The notes under the pieces were generated by a model. It was not told the DNA's origin and ran no database searches. It worked only from the letters and a program-made list of their open reading frames with translations. A stretch of 64,000 nucleotides of DNA from Octopus bimaculoides (taxonomy: Eukaryota). Below are positions 38,734 to 52,295 of this stretch, in pieces. The position numbers and the translations under genes were made by a program. The stretch is taken from the NCBI RefSeq assembly GCF_001194135.2, contig NC_068981.1, forward strand, positions 55,611,471 through 55,675,470. Direction: 5' to 3'. Every line of letters begins with the position of its first letter. The stretch's first letter is position 1.

Positions 38734-38926
38734 ATTGGTGACAATTTCTAAAGAACTAGTTTTGAAAGCTCGTGGCGAAAGCAGTTCAGATTATGCCTGG
38801 AAACGTAATTCTAAGCAACTAGGGTCCTATGATGACATTACAGTCTTTGTTATTCCCCTTGGACAATATATGCAAGAACGAAGCGCTAACGTGACGCCTC
38901 AGACTGATGAAGTTACAGCTTTGTGA
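38734..38926 (+). CDS. PPM1H: PPM1H-like exon 11 (stop)
   Basis: acag|LVTISKELVLKARG...LGSYDDITVFVIPL...TAL*; final metal-binding DD motif; exon lengths sum to 1527 nt = 508 aa + stop. Confidence 0.92.
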
Positions 38927-40693
38927 GAACCTACAGACTCCATAATTTCTTGAAACATCAAATGAATCGATAACTATTTGTAGAAAGTAATTTTCTTTTT
39001 GTTGTTGTTTTGCATTAATTTTTTTTTTCCATGTTAGCCCACGAGATGTTTTAGTGACACAACGATTTTTACTGCCTCTCATCCACTAGTCAGTCAAAAG
39101 GTAAAAGTTAAAACTTGTGTCTCTGAAGCAAACTGAAGAAAAATTATTTACTTTCCTCACAAATCACACTACAGTTTTAATATGTGATTATATAGATAGG
39201 AATGTAGGATCTTAACTTCATGACCTTCAGTTTAAAGCAAAGTTGTAACTGAATTAAAAGAGACAACAAAATAATGATTTTTGTTTTTCACTAGAAAAAT
39301 ATTTCTTGCTGGTAATGTTCTGCTTGGTTAATGATGAGACCAAAATCTGATGTACAACAGAACTTTGCTTCCATGTTACCTGATCCCAACTTCAACCAAC
39401 AACCAAAAGCTGATTATAGTTAGTAATGGTAACCAACATCTTTGTTTAGTTACTCATTCAGAATGATGTTTAACTTTTTTTCTTAATATAGTGTTGTTGT
39501 AACATATGTCTATAGATGGTGAAAGAAAAAGAGAAGAAATCCTTTGCATAATTTTCACACATTTTACATCAATTATTTCTTCCAAAAGGAAAACAATATG
39601 TAAAACCAACTTTGCTAAGCTGTTACAAGAAGGGGAAAGAAAGAAAATCAAGTGAATGATTATAATGACACTATGAAAACTAAAACAGTTAATATTAAAA
39701 AATGATAGAATTAAACTAGAGATTACAGATACTTAAAAATTCAGGTTTGATGACATATATAACCATAACCCTTTCTGTGAAAAATCCCAAATGTATACCA
39801 CTTCATAGTTCAACAAAAATTTGTAAACCGGTTGAGTGTTTAAATTTGTAAATTCTATTTTTTATTAAGTTGTATTTATAATTCTTTTGATTAATTGCAT
39901 TCATTACTTTGACAATGCAACATAAGAAGCAAAATCTATATCTTACTAAGTCAAAAGTTTACTTCTACAGGTTTCCAAGTATCAAATGGAAAATAGATTA
40001 TCATACAGAAGAGTGAAAAAAAAATTAATTTGATAAAGAATTTTTATTTCATGGCAGGAATCTTTTAATATATTATAAACAAAAGACTCTTTACCTCAAA
40101 TCCAAGGAAAACTGCAATTTTATGTTTTGAAATAGTTAAAGTAGAATTTAAGAGTTTAAGGCATAAATCTAACTTTCAGTGGAAAACTTTTTTCAATGCA
40201 GTGGCTAAATTGTAAATTCTATATATCAGTATTGAATAATCAAGCTCTGAATTTTTTTTTTCAGTGCAGCAATGGCTCTACATTAGATGCATTTTTTTTT
40301 TTGTAAAATTCAGAAGCAAAATGTATTTATTATGATATATATAATAAAACAAACATTTAGTTTTAAAATGTAATAAACCCTAGACCAAGTTTTTAATCAG
40401 CTGAATATTCTAAGTTCTTTGTTGTACAAATTCAGTGCAAGAAAAGAAAGAGTTGTTTTTAATTAAAAAAAAATATATATATATCTTAGGATTTTTGCTG
40501 CTGATAATGTAAATTACACAAAATAAAGTTGATGTCTAGGACCAATGAATACATAAATATAAAAAAATATCAATAGATTCAACAACAACAATATACAATA
40601 CAAACTATAACCTTATTCCTAGAATTTGTCTGTTTTATGATAAAGAAAATTCAAAGGTGTTATCCTGTAATCAATTTAAAAGAGGACCTTTAA

Positions 40694-40912
40694 CCCTTTT
40701 GTTACCAAATTTCTGTTGAAATACACTACCTTCATTTACATTAATTTTGAAAACAATGAAGGATTTAGTAAAATAACTTTGTTGTTATTAAGCTGATGTT
40801 TGAAACAAATTCATATCAAATTTTGATGGAAGGTTTCATTTTGGATTATGTTTTAAACAGAATTTATATCATTGAACAAGGACCTGTATTAGGTGGATTG
40901 GTATCAAAAGGG
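40694..40912. mobile_element. piggyBac-type MITE (219 bp)
   Basis: TTAA|CCCTTTTGTTACCA...TGGTATCAAAAGGG|TTAA: 14-bp TIR with one mismatch and TTAA TSD. Confidence 0.85.
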
Positions 40913-41900
40913 TTAAAGTTTACTGACAACTGTTCAGGCAGATGGGTAACTTTTTTAAGAGACATTTTTCAAACGATAAAAATTAGCTGTAATTCCATTA
41001 CATACACTGTACTTCTTTGATAGAAAATAATAAGTTATGCACTATAGTTTATAGTGCATGAAAGAGAAGAAAGTTTAATTTTCCAGTGTAGGATTTTTTC
41101 ATTTTACCAGTTCTTAAACGTTGAATGAAACAAACCTTTGATCTGTCACTAAATGAAAATGTTTCATGAGGAAATATTTTCATTCTCATAGTGTCTGTAA
41201 CTTCATAAACCTCTTTTTTGATAATATGGTAAGAGTTTTTTTAATTACTTTGTAAAAAGTGCCACAGATCCACTGTTTTGTGATAATGTTGCAGCTATAA
41301 TTTCATCAGTAGCATTTAATTGCAAAGAACAAATCATCATCAAATATCAATAGCAGTCATAGCTGATCTTTTAATATCATTTTTAATAGAGTTGATACAT
41401 TTTGCAACCAGAAGGGAATTTACATTTAATATCTCCCTCATATTTGAAGAGTAAGAAGAGATCTATTTAACATCGTGTGCAAAGAACCCAACCATCCACT
41501 GTAATTCTTTACTATTTTGATAATTCTCGGATAGGTTGAAAACATTCTGAATTAGGAAATATTCTCAATGTGAAATTGAATAGCTTAATAAGGAAACAGA
41601 TATTAGATTATATTTGACTGCTTCAAAGATATTCAAATGGTTACTATTGTGACCTGACTTCGTTTCACATGAAACTAGTTAACCAGATGTATATAGATAC
41701 CTTTGAGATTATTCTCAATAATAAATTCATCAACAATTCTTTGAAACTAAGACATTTGTAATGCCTATAGAAACGTACATAAAACAAACAGAGCTGCACC
41801 TAGTTGGAAAGCTGAATATGGTCTTTCTACAGGTATTATGCCAGCTTGATGATAAATGCTACTTAGGCCAATTTTGTTATAATATTTATGTTTGGCTTTA

Positions 41901-42097
41901 ACGTGGTGAGCTGGCAGAATCATTAGCAAGCCGGGTAAAATGGTTAGTGGCATTTTGTCCGTCTTTATGTTCTGAGGTTGGCTTTACCTTTTACCCTTTC
42001 GAAGTCAATAAAATAAGTACCAGCTGAGTACTGGGGTCGATGTAATCAACTTACCCTTTCCCTAAGCTTGCTGGCCTTGTACCAAAATTTGAAACTT
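41901..42097 (+). mobile_element. SINE family B
   Basis: gtggtgagctggcagaatcattagc head; ctttaccttttaccctttcgaagtcaataaaataagtaccagctg core; TSD-like tattt(a)tgtttggct flanks. Confidence 0.8.
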
Positions 42098-44736
42098 ATA
42101 TTTGTTTGGCTATGTTATTTGGCTATCTTATATATATGTTGAATTAAGCCAAGCTCTGTAAAATGGTTCATTATTTGAGCAAAATCTCCATGCCATTTTT
42201 CATTAAAATTGCCAATAACAATGAAAATCTGCCCCTCTGATGAATTATTTGGTTCTGTGATATATGTTCTAAAACAAACATTTGAAATCTCTTTATAAAT
42301 TCTTTATCTTCTTTCTCACTCTATCAGCAAGGTTTGTTTGCATTAGATTTGCAGTTTGAGATGAGATTTTGAAAAGTTTAACAGGTTTTCTGATCACTTG
42401 TGGTTGAGCAAAACCACAAAAAAAAAAAAATTATCCTTGATAAACAACTCTAATTTCCAAAAATCACACTCGCACAAAGTTCTATATTTTTATATAATTT
42501 ATCTTTCACAGAAACTTTAGTGATACAAAATTCATTAATTCATGCTATTAGCTCATAAACGACTGTGAAAACAGTAGTTGTTTTGAAATATATTTCCAGA
42601 TTGAATTAATTCACTAATTTTTGACACCTGAAATTTACTGATGAGAATTTTGGTTATCTTGTTATTAATTTCTGCCATTATTACAAGAGGTATAAGGGAA
42701 TAATTATTAGAGATTACAATCACCAAAGAAATAGATTTATATTGAATAACTGAAGAAGATACTTAGATTGTGGGCAGAATTGGTATAGCCACCAGACTGG
42801 CAGACAATAGCTCAGTGACCTATACATCAACTGTTTTGACAAGCAGCAGTTTTAGCTGGGCATAGAGATGGGTATTTGAGTTGCCACAGAAAAAAACTTG
42901 TTTTCTAATTTTAAGGGTTTACTGTGATAGATTGTTCAAATTTACCATCTAAATTTTCCTCATTAACATCAGATAGTCCCACAGAAGCAATGGGTATTTG
43001 ATATGATTCCACATTAAATGTCCTTTCTCCAAAGATCTAACCTGTTGGATAACACTATCCAATGCTAGAGTTTTATTTTCTAGTAGTCTGGCCCTGATAA
43101 TATTTGATAATTTTTTGTATATAAAAGAATATCTTACACAAATGATTTATTTTCTTTGGCCATTATACCATTAAAATTACAATCAAGGTCTAATGCAAGA
43201 TCTAATATTTCCATCAGCCTTTTGCAAATGTTACACAGAGAGCATCTGGTATATATTCCATTGAGTGGTTTCATGTAAGCTTCAGGTTATTTCAGAGCAT
43301 TATCAAAAGTTTAGAATGTCAGATTTGTCTGATCTAACTATCTTGTCTATTTTGAAGTAGTAATTGGAAACTTTTACATTGATTAAACTCTTGTGATAAA
43401 GAAAGTTATAGTTTTTACCCTTCAATCAGTTCAAAAAGGAATATATCATCAATTACTATTTTAACAGATGAAAGGAATATAACTGTTTTATAGTTATGAA
43501 GCTCTTATCATAACAGTTCCATTATGCATTTTATTTAACTGAATATAGCATATTTTCCAAAACAATATACATCAGAGTGCCTGCAAGTAGTATATATCTA
43601 TGTGTCTTTCTGTCTGTATGTGTGTATTTAGACAATTGTATACATAAATCATGTATGACTAATGGTTACTGGTATGGATCATGCTACCATTTTTTGATAC
43701 TTGGATTCATTCTGTAAATGTCTTCATTCCCCACTCTCCAGGCCAATCATAGATTTTCATATTAATTTTGATATATCCTGTTTATATTCATGATATGAAC
43801 TGATCTCTAATTTATTTTACCAATACATCTGTTAATATCCAGCAGTGCTATTTTTAATAAAATAAATTTATCATAAAATAAGATTAAAAAAAGATGAATA
43901 CATAAATACTTCTTTTCATTCCAAAAAAAAAAAAAAAGGTAAAACTGTTATAACAAATTATATTTTTGAACTTGAAGAGTTTCTTGAATTCTTTTCTAAA
44001 CACTGTCACCTACACCTAACTTGATCAAAGGAATTTCCATTTTTGTACAGAATTTTTCTGGCTTGGCATAAAGGACATATATATATATATTTTTTTTTTT
44101 TTTGAAGTGCAGAGAACAATGGAAGGTATAAAATTCATATAATGTATAAAATATAAATAAATTGGTTGCCAAGCAATAAATACCTGTTTCAATCACAAGT
44201 CAGTGGACTTGTGGTATTTTCTGTCTTAGATTGGTGCTTTTAATGGCTAATGTCATTCTCATTTATATAATGTATATACAAACATATTTCTCTTTGAGAT
44301 TAAATTTGTACAAACATTTCATTATTGATTTATTTTTCAAAAGACTTCAACCATGTTTGGAACTAAGCACTCTCACACACACACACACATATACAATGGG
44401 TTCATCAATGTGTCTAGATTTATATGCATACGTATGTATATACACACATGTTTTACAATCATAAAATTCTTGTCAATCCATGTTACTAGGTTGATTACCT
44501 AATGTCTGATATTATTGACACTCCTCAATAAGAGTTCTTTATTGTTTTTCTTTCTTTGTACAGGGGAGGTACTCTTTGTATTTGCAGCCAGAACATTTCT
44601 GGAAAAGAAATTTTTTTCCCTTTAACTCTAAAACATAAATTATGCTTAAGGGGAGTTCACTTGAGGTTAAACTAAAGGGGTTCATTCTTTTGATAATGAA
44701 TTTGTTGACTAGTATTGATGATAATTTTTTAAAATT

Positions 44737-45317
44737 TACCATATAGGCGTAGGAGTGGCTGTGTGGTAAGTAGCTTGCTTACCAACCACATGGTTCCAGG
44801 TTCATTCCTACTGCGTGGCACCTTGGGCAAGTGTCTTCAACTATAGCCTCGGGCCGACCAAAGCCTTGTGAGTGGATTTGGTAGATGGAAACTGTAAGAA
44901 GCCTGTCGTATATGTATGTATGTATGTGTGTGTATATGTTTGTGTGTCTGTGTTTGTCCCCCCAGCATCGCTTGACAACTGATGGTGGTGTGTTTACGTC
45001 CCCATAACTTAGCATTTCGGCAAAAGAGACCAATAGAATAAGTACTAGGCTTCCAAAGAATAAGTCCTGGGGTCGATTTGCTCGACTAAAAGGCCATGCT
45101 CCATGGCCACAGTCAAATGACTGAAACAAGTAAAAGAGTATATTTTAAAGTGTATAAGGAATCTTCGTATATAAGGAACCCGCTATTTTTGGGGGCTTAA
45201 AATTTGGAAAAAGGGTTTTGTAAGGGATTATAATAGTATCCATGTAATAGAAACTCCCATTTTTTAAAACCTAATTTTTGACAAAAAGGGGTTCCTTATA
45301 CACGTTAAAATATGGTA
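44737..45317. mobile_element. Tc1/mariner-type MITE whose left TIR is split by the SINE
   Basis: Joining taccata (44737-44743) to ttttaaagtgtataagga (45143-45160) gives 24/25 identity to the reverse complement of 45293-45317. Confidence 0.75.
44744..45139 (+). mobile_element. Full-length tRNA-derived SINE family A
   Basis: taggcgtaggagtggctgtgtggtaag...ggttccaggttcattcct (A/B-box-like head); body shared with 23684-24078. Confidence 0.9.
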
Positions 45318-45972
45318 CATAAAAAATATAAATATGAGTTCTATAGAGAATGCAACAGGTTTGGGTCAGTAAAAGAAAAGGCGATGGAAAATAAAAGATG
45401 AGAACTACATATTTGAAAACGCTGTACTAACGACCTGTTAGTTGACAAGCTTTCTTTACATTTGCGTTGCAAGTGGTAAGATCATTAGTATTGAGGAAAT
45501 GCAGGAAGCTTAATTCTTTCTTTTTGTATCATGTTCCATATTCACCAGAGTACCATCATATTGTTACCTGACATGGCTATTGACATTACTCACTGTGGAA
45601 ATGACATCAGTCTTTCATGTAGCTTGAACAGACTATAGTGAATTTGTCCTATATAATTAAAATATATCAAATTAGCTTTATCTGACATTAATAATAATTT
45701 TGAACAGCAACACAGTTCTTTTCAGAAATAAAATCTGCAAACCTGTTTCTTAATATTCTATAAATTCATACATTCCTCTCTGTCATATTTGATGTGTTGG
45801 TGTTATGAATCAATACTTTCAGGTTAGATGCATTTATAGGATACCTGAGCCAGTCTCTTCAACAGTGTCACAGTAATCACCAATAGAAGTTTCTTTAGTT
45901 GAGACTCAGTTCAACCTCCTGAATATTTGATATGAGCCATAGTGATGTGTAACATCAATTAATTTAACATGA

Positions 45973-48080
45973 TGTAATATATGTTGCAAATTATTTGCTA
46001 CAAACAACTCACCTTAGCATAATCTTATTCATACTGGAAAAAAAAAACTACACTATTGTAATATGTATGATAAAAACGTTTTTACAGTTGGCAGTTTAAA
46101 TTCCCACAAGCGGAATCACTACCAGAACTAGAGAAGAAATTTCAGGGGTGGAAGCAAGGTTTAAAATTTCAGGGCCTTAGAGTCAATGTTGCAAAAACCA
46201 AAGTCCTAGTAAACAGGAAGGTGAACACATCACAAACCCCTTCAGATAGATGGCCCTGCTTGATCTGTAGAAAAGGTGTAGGTAGAAACTCCATAAGATG
46301 TACACAGTGTAAGCTATGGGTGCATAAAAGATGCAGCAACATCAAAGGTAGGCTAACCAGGATGACAGCTTTTGTGTGCAGATGTACAGGGGCAATAAAC
46401 ACCAAAGATGCTCAGAAAACTGATTCCATCACATGCCAGGGGAAGAAACTAGAAGTAGTTGATAGCTTCCGCTACCTAGGTGACCAAGTCTGTAGTGGGG
46501 GTGGATCNNNNNNNNNNNNNNNNNNNNNNNNNNNNNNNNNNNNNNNNNNNNNNNNNNAAGATGCTCAGAAAACTGATTCCATCACATGCCAGGGGAAGAA
46601 ACTAGAAGTAGTTGATAGCTTCCGCTACCTAGGTGACCAAGTCTGTAGTGGGGGTGGATCCTCGGACAGCATTGCCACTAAAATAAGAATAGCCTGGGCA
46701 AAGTTCAGAAAGATCCTACCTCTACTGGTGACAAAGGGCCTCTCACTCAGAGTAAAAAGGTAGATTGTATGATGCATGTGTGCGAACTGCCATGCTATAC
46801 GGCAGTGAAACATGGGCCGTGTCTGCTGAAGACATGCTTGAAAGAAATGAAGCTAGTATGATCAACTGGATATGTAAAGTCAGCATGCACACACAACAGT
46901 GTAATCACCCTGAGAGAAATGTTGGACATAAGAAGCATCAGATGTGGTGTGCAAGAGAGACGACTGTGCTGGTATGGTAATGTGCTGCATATGGATGAGG
47001 AGAGCTGTGTGAAGAAGTGTCATTCCCTTTGGGACTCACAGAGGCAATGATGGAAGACCGAGACGTCTGGAGATATACTGTGATTGAGAAGACCCGGCAA
47101 GTAAAGAGAGATCACAGCCGTAGCCTATACCAGTGTCGTATAACCAGCCCATTTAAAAAGTACCTTTGAATCATTGGGCGACATGCCGTGCTTGAGGAGA
47201 CTTATTGAGTCAAGTAAAATCAAAATCAAAATCAAATATCAAATCACAATCAAATGGAAATTGTAGGTGTGCCCAATGCCAGTGCCGCCTGAGTGGCTCT
47301 CGTGCTGGTGGCACGCAATAAGCACCATTTATGCATGGGTCGTTGCCAGTGCTGCCTGACTGGCTCCCTGTGCCAGTGGCACATAAAAAGCACCATCTGA
47401 ACATGGGCAACGTCAGTCCCCAGTCAAACCATCCAACCCATGCCAGCATGGAAAACAGATGTTAAACGATGATGATGAAATACATAGAGGAGAAAAACAG
47501 GACCCATGTGATATCTATGGTAAAAATTTAAATCAAAAGAGTTATGTTTACTCAGAAATATTTCCAAACAGAAGAAAATCCATATCATTGTGATATCTAT
47601 AATACAGCAATTTTTGAAAGTTTCAGTTTATCTTGGCACAGATGGATTCACACAGAAGAAAGACATAACACTGTGATGTCTTTGGTGATTCATTTTCTGG
47701 ACAGTCATTCATCTTCCTAGAAGCAAATTCACTCGGAAGAAAAATCTTAGTTGCAATATCTGTGATGAAACATTCCCACAAAATTCTTATTTATCTCAAA
47801 TACAAACATTTTTTGAAAGTACTGATTTGCCTTCCCACAGGTGTATTCACACAGGAGAAAGATCTTACCAGTGTAATATCTATGATGAAGCATTTTCTAG
47901 GAATGGCAATCCAACTTATAAGTGTACCACAAGAGAGAAACCATACCAATGTAATATCTGTGGTCAGTTCTAACAAGGATCTTTGTCTATTCATTTATGT
48001 ATTCACACAGGATATCTGTGATAAAACATTCTCTCAAAATGGCCATTTGGCTTGACACAAATTTATTTAAATGAAGAACA
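45973..48080 (+). pseudogene. C2H2 zinc-finger pseudogene interrupted by an RTE LINE
   Basis: Degenerate fingers at 45973-46119 (CNICCKLF..., HTG...LNSHKRNH) and 47479-48080 (tgtgatatc, attcacacaggaga, aaaccatacca motifs) with stops and frameshifts. Confidence 0.85.
46115..47478 (+). mobile_element. 5'-truncated RTE-clade LINE with 3' UTR and (GAT)n tail
   Basis: RWPCLICRKGVGRNSIRCTQCKLWVHKRCS, LEVVDSFRYLGDQ, RIAWAKFR, YDACVRTAMLYGSETWA; ends gttaaacgatgatgatga. Contains a 50-N gap at 46508-46557. Confidence 0.92.
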
Positions 48081-48436
48081 ACCATCAACAGACATCATAT
48101 TGTGCTAAATAAAACCTAACAAAGTCATCTTAACTTTGAGACATTCCTTTTAATTGTAATGTTTTTCAAAATCTTCATTGATTTTACTTGAAACTGCTAA
48201 CCACATTCCTTGATGAGGATAACTTCAATCTTTATCTCACACTTATTTGGAAGTAGGGGAGCTGTATAGATAATCTTGATTAAATTACTGTGAACTATTT
48301 CCTGAAAATTACATTTGGAATTATTTCCTACATTAACTGTAAATAGCTTTATTGAATAATTTTCTGATAGCTGGTATTAGGAATGTATCATGAAACTTCA
48401 AGTAGACGATGTGAATGGATTTCACATTTAAATCAT

Positions 48437-48740
48437 ATCATCATCATCATCGTAGTTTAATGTCTGCCTTCTATGCTGGCATCGTTGGGATGGTTTGACA
48501 GTCTGCACCAGACTTCTGTGACTGTTTTGGCAGGATTTTTACAGCTGGATACCCTTCCTAACACCAACTACCCACCCAGCAGAGTGGACTTAGTACTTTT
48601 TACATGGCACAAGCACAGGTGAGGTCAGTTTTCGCAACGTTTTTACAGCTCGATGCCTTTCCAAATGCCAACCACTTTACAGTGTGGACTGGATGCTTTT
48701 TAAGTGGCACCTGCACTGACAGGGTTGCTAAGTAACCTGC
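48437..48740 (-). mobile_element. RTE-type 3' tail element
   Basis: (cat)n...ccttcctaacaccaac; the internal segment is duplicated. Confidence 0.7.
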
Positions 48741-48982
48741 AAAACAAAAATCTCAAGAGGGGAAGGGGCATTGGAGGAAATAATCTTGTGTCAGATGATG
48801 AAAGATTATAGTGAGACAGAGAGACAAACAGGTGTCTTGCTGTAGAGGAGGTACAAGGTTACCCAGCCAGAAAGAGAGAGAGAGATCAGGAATGAGGACA
48901 GATGTTTAAGATGGGTTGTGATTATAGATTTGAACTGAGATTTTCAGGAGGTGTGACCTCACAGACGTTCCATCATAAGGTA

Positions 48983-49200
48983 AAAATAATGGTTTCTAAT
49001 TTAGATACAAGACTAACAGTTTTGTGAGAAGGGAATTAGCTGACTACATCTGCTCCAGTATTTGACTGCTACTTTATTGACCCTGAAAGGATGAAGGACA
49101 AAGTTGACTTCAGAATGATTTGAACTTAGTGCATAAAGAGCTGGAACAAATATCACAAGGCATTTTTCCTATGCTCTAATGATTCTACCTGCTCATTGCC
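48983..49200 (-). mobile_element. Degenerate SINE family B
   Basis: ttattgaccctgaaaggatgaaggacaaagttgac core. Confidence 0.65.
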
Positions 49201-49459
49201 TAATTAACATTTTTCTATTATAAGTGCAAATACAAGAATAATTCATTGGTTTGTTTTGTTTTTTGTATTTTTCAATAACACGCCAGCATCGATAATTTTA
49301 AACAAATGAAGGAAATTTTTGGCCAGTGTTTAACGACCATAATTTACAGTAAAGTAATCTTATATTATGGAACAGCAAATTCATGAAATAAACTATTACA
49401 CAACAAATTATTTCCGAAAAGTGATTACAATCTATCCAAATGTTCCACTTTCACAATGC

Positions 49460-49850
49460 TCATGTGCCATTGTACCAGCTCTACTCAGATGCTTTTAAGT
49501 GTAGTTACTACATACACAAACAGTACCAATTAGTTACATGGCTCTTCTCTGGATTGCATCCAAAGTGGGGCCACTGACTAATTGATATCAATCACTTATG
49601 AACATGCTTCAGCCTCTGGTCTCGTCTGTCTTTTCTATCACTGCTATAATGGCCTCTGTTCTTCAGAGACGACCGGTCATTCTCCCACCACTCAGATCCC
49701 TTCCCCAACTCATCTTTCTACATCTCAGCATTCTTGGTGTGTCCAATCCCTTGATCCCTCAGCACTAACCATTATACCCAGTCCTGTCTTCCTAGAACAT
49801 CAGCTTTCTGGAATGTTTTCCCAGTTCATGTCATTCTTGCAAAAGTAAAG
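49460..49850 (+). mobile_element. CR1/Jockey-like LINE 3' fragment
   Basis: HASASGLVCLFYHCYNGLCSSE resembles the post-RT (RRxVAxLSLFYRYYxGxCSSE) segment. Confidence 0.6.
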
Positions 49851-50159
49851 TTCTATGGAGACAATATTAAATGCCATTGCAAAGAAGGAACTGGGAAGAA
49901 AGAGACGTTGTTTCACAGCTAAAAGGATTTGTCAAAGACTAGCCGAGCAAGTGAAAAGGTAAAAGTAAAAAAGAAAAATTCTTTCGCAGTCGCAAGACGG
50001 AGTATAGCAGAGGGGAGAGAGCATAGCTGGAGGAAGATAATGAGGAATGGAAGAAATTGAAACTTGCATGCTATATTCTCAAAATTCAGCTGATCATAGA
50101 CATACGTTTGAAAGTAAGACGGCTTGGACATGGTGGGAATGTTTTTAAATAAAAGGTTA

Positions 50160-50355
50160 CTTCTGACGTAGGGCTAAACAAATAGTAATTATATAGCACT
50201 CTCTATTGATTGAGGGTGAGTACTCAGACGATCAGTGTCACTTCCGTCAGGTCATCCTCACACGTTTTCTAATTTTAAAAACATTATTGATATAATATTC
50301 CTGTACATTTAATTACATTCTGTCAGTAATAACTAATTAATTGACTTAGGTAAGT
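50160..50355 (+). promoter_or_regulatory. Candidate promoter / first non-coding exon of ZNF 52296
   Basis: CpG-containing patch with an ETS-like motif (cacttccgtc, 50238-50247) and a gtaagt donor at 50350; candidate acceptors at 51143 and 51898. Confidence 0.35.
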
Positions 50356-52295
50356 CCAAAGACTGTTCATTTACTAGAATATAATTTAGACAGTCTATAG
50401 GATGTAGTTTAAAGATTTGATGAATGTATCAACACCCACAACTGCAAGTCTGATTACATTATTTCATCTATGTGCATTGTTAAATATTCTTTGATCGAAC
50501 GTCTCATATTTATCCTTCTACTTCACGCTATACTTACTGCTTGCCAGGACCTATTTTGCGCAGAAAAGATTAACAGATAAAATACAAATTAAGTTAAATA
50601 AATATTTATTCAATTCAAAAGATAAAGTAATATGTTTGTTCATTCATTTCAAAGGGTGCCAGTTAGAAATACGCCTAAATAAATTGGTATAAATTATAGT
50701 TCAATAAATGCCCATTCAGTTTTAAGGATAAATGTTATTTATTCATTGTAAAATATGCTAATTAGAAATATGGTTACATGAACATCAAAATATCATTTTC
50801 ATATAATTGATATCACATAAATTTATCTAAGTGACTTGGATCTTAACAGAATTTTGAGGTCACAAGTTAACGAATCGCTAAAATTCCGAGCGTGACGGAA
50901 TGTCAAATGAAAATTAAAGTGATGGTATATTACTACCAAAGAAAGTTACATAAAATGCTGGATTAGAAAGAAAAATAGTGCTAGTTACTTGATTTATTAA
51001 GGTAGTTATCAAGGAAAACTTGTTAATATACAACATCCAACAAATCTAAATCGTTGAACATTTCAATATTTCCAACTCTGTTACTTTGTGCCTGAGTTAG
51101 ATACGCATTTATATTGCGAATTTTATTTTATGTTTTTTTTCAGATGATTATCTATGCAGCTTTTATCATGTTGTTTCAGGATATATATTTTTACTGCTCC
51201 AAAACATGAAAAACGTGCATCTCAATTTTGTTTTGGTAACATTCAGCATTAATGAAAATCAGAATTTGGAAGTGAAAGCAACTCGACAAGAATCATTAGT
51301 TAACGATTGTCAACGAAAAGAAAGTGATTATTAGTTGATTTATCTGTATGAAGATAAATACTGAATGATTTATAATGAAATGAAAATAATTAGGATCTGT
51401 GACAATATGTAAATTTATCTCAGTGTGATTTATTACCAATACTAAAATATGAAGACAAAAATGATTATAATCGAAAATTAATTTGTAGGAGGTTAACGTC
51501 TCAATATAAATTTTAAAAATTGTATAAATGTTAATGGTACTTCAGAACAGTCATTATATTGAGTTTTTTTATACTTATTTTATAATTCCATTACTGCCTA
51601 AGGTGCATTACTGAGATATGTTATTATAATGTAAATGTGTAACTTTGTGTTGCTTAGATCAGGTTTAAGATATAATTTTAGGGTGTTCTAGTAACGTCCT
51701 GTAGAGCTTGATATAGTGACTTGCAGTTTCCTCTGAAGATAGCTCTTGTCTTTATCATTCAATTCTGTCACACCTCTTGTATCAGAGTGTCTTTGCAAAT
51801 GTGTTCTGACTCTTTTTGGCTATTCTGTCTTCAATAATCTTCATGCTAATGCTTAATTGTTCCTTATGCTGTATGTTTTTTTTATTTTTTTATTACAGAT
51901 TATTAAATGGCTGAGACAATTCACAGAACATTATCAACATATTTATCAACTTTGAAAAACTAAAAGTATCTTCATTGAGCTTGTGTCTGCTTGATTATAC
52001 AACTTTTGGCTGATGAATTGGAAATATTTCCTTGGAATTGAGAATATTTCCTAGAATTTCTACAAATGATTACTGAAAGATTTCCTTTATGTATATATTA
52101 AACTCAGAACATTTAAAATAAAGTTTCCATTGTCTTATGTGCAGGGACATTGATATCTAAATATATCTTGTTAACAGCTGCTAACTTAATGATCCTTTAG
52201 TTGCAGAATTTGATGCTCTTTCTTAAGAGCCAAGACATTGTCAGGCTTTAACAAAAGCCAAATTACACTTAAAGTGTAGATTAAAAGAGAAAGAT

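Noticed and set aside
46405-46660. ~100-bp direct repeat inside the RTE ORF
   Set aside because: Identical copies flank a 50-N gap; typical unmerged contig overlap.
49919-50131. - strand ORF with a CCACCATG context, divergent from the ZNF promoter
   Set aside because: No recognisable domain and low-complexity F/L content; no support beyond the Kozak-like match.
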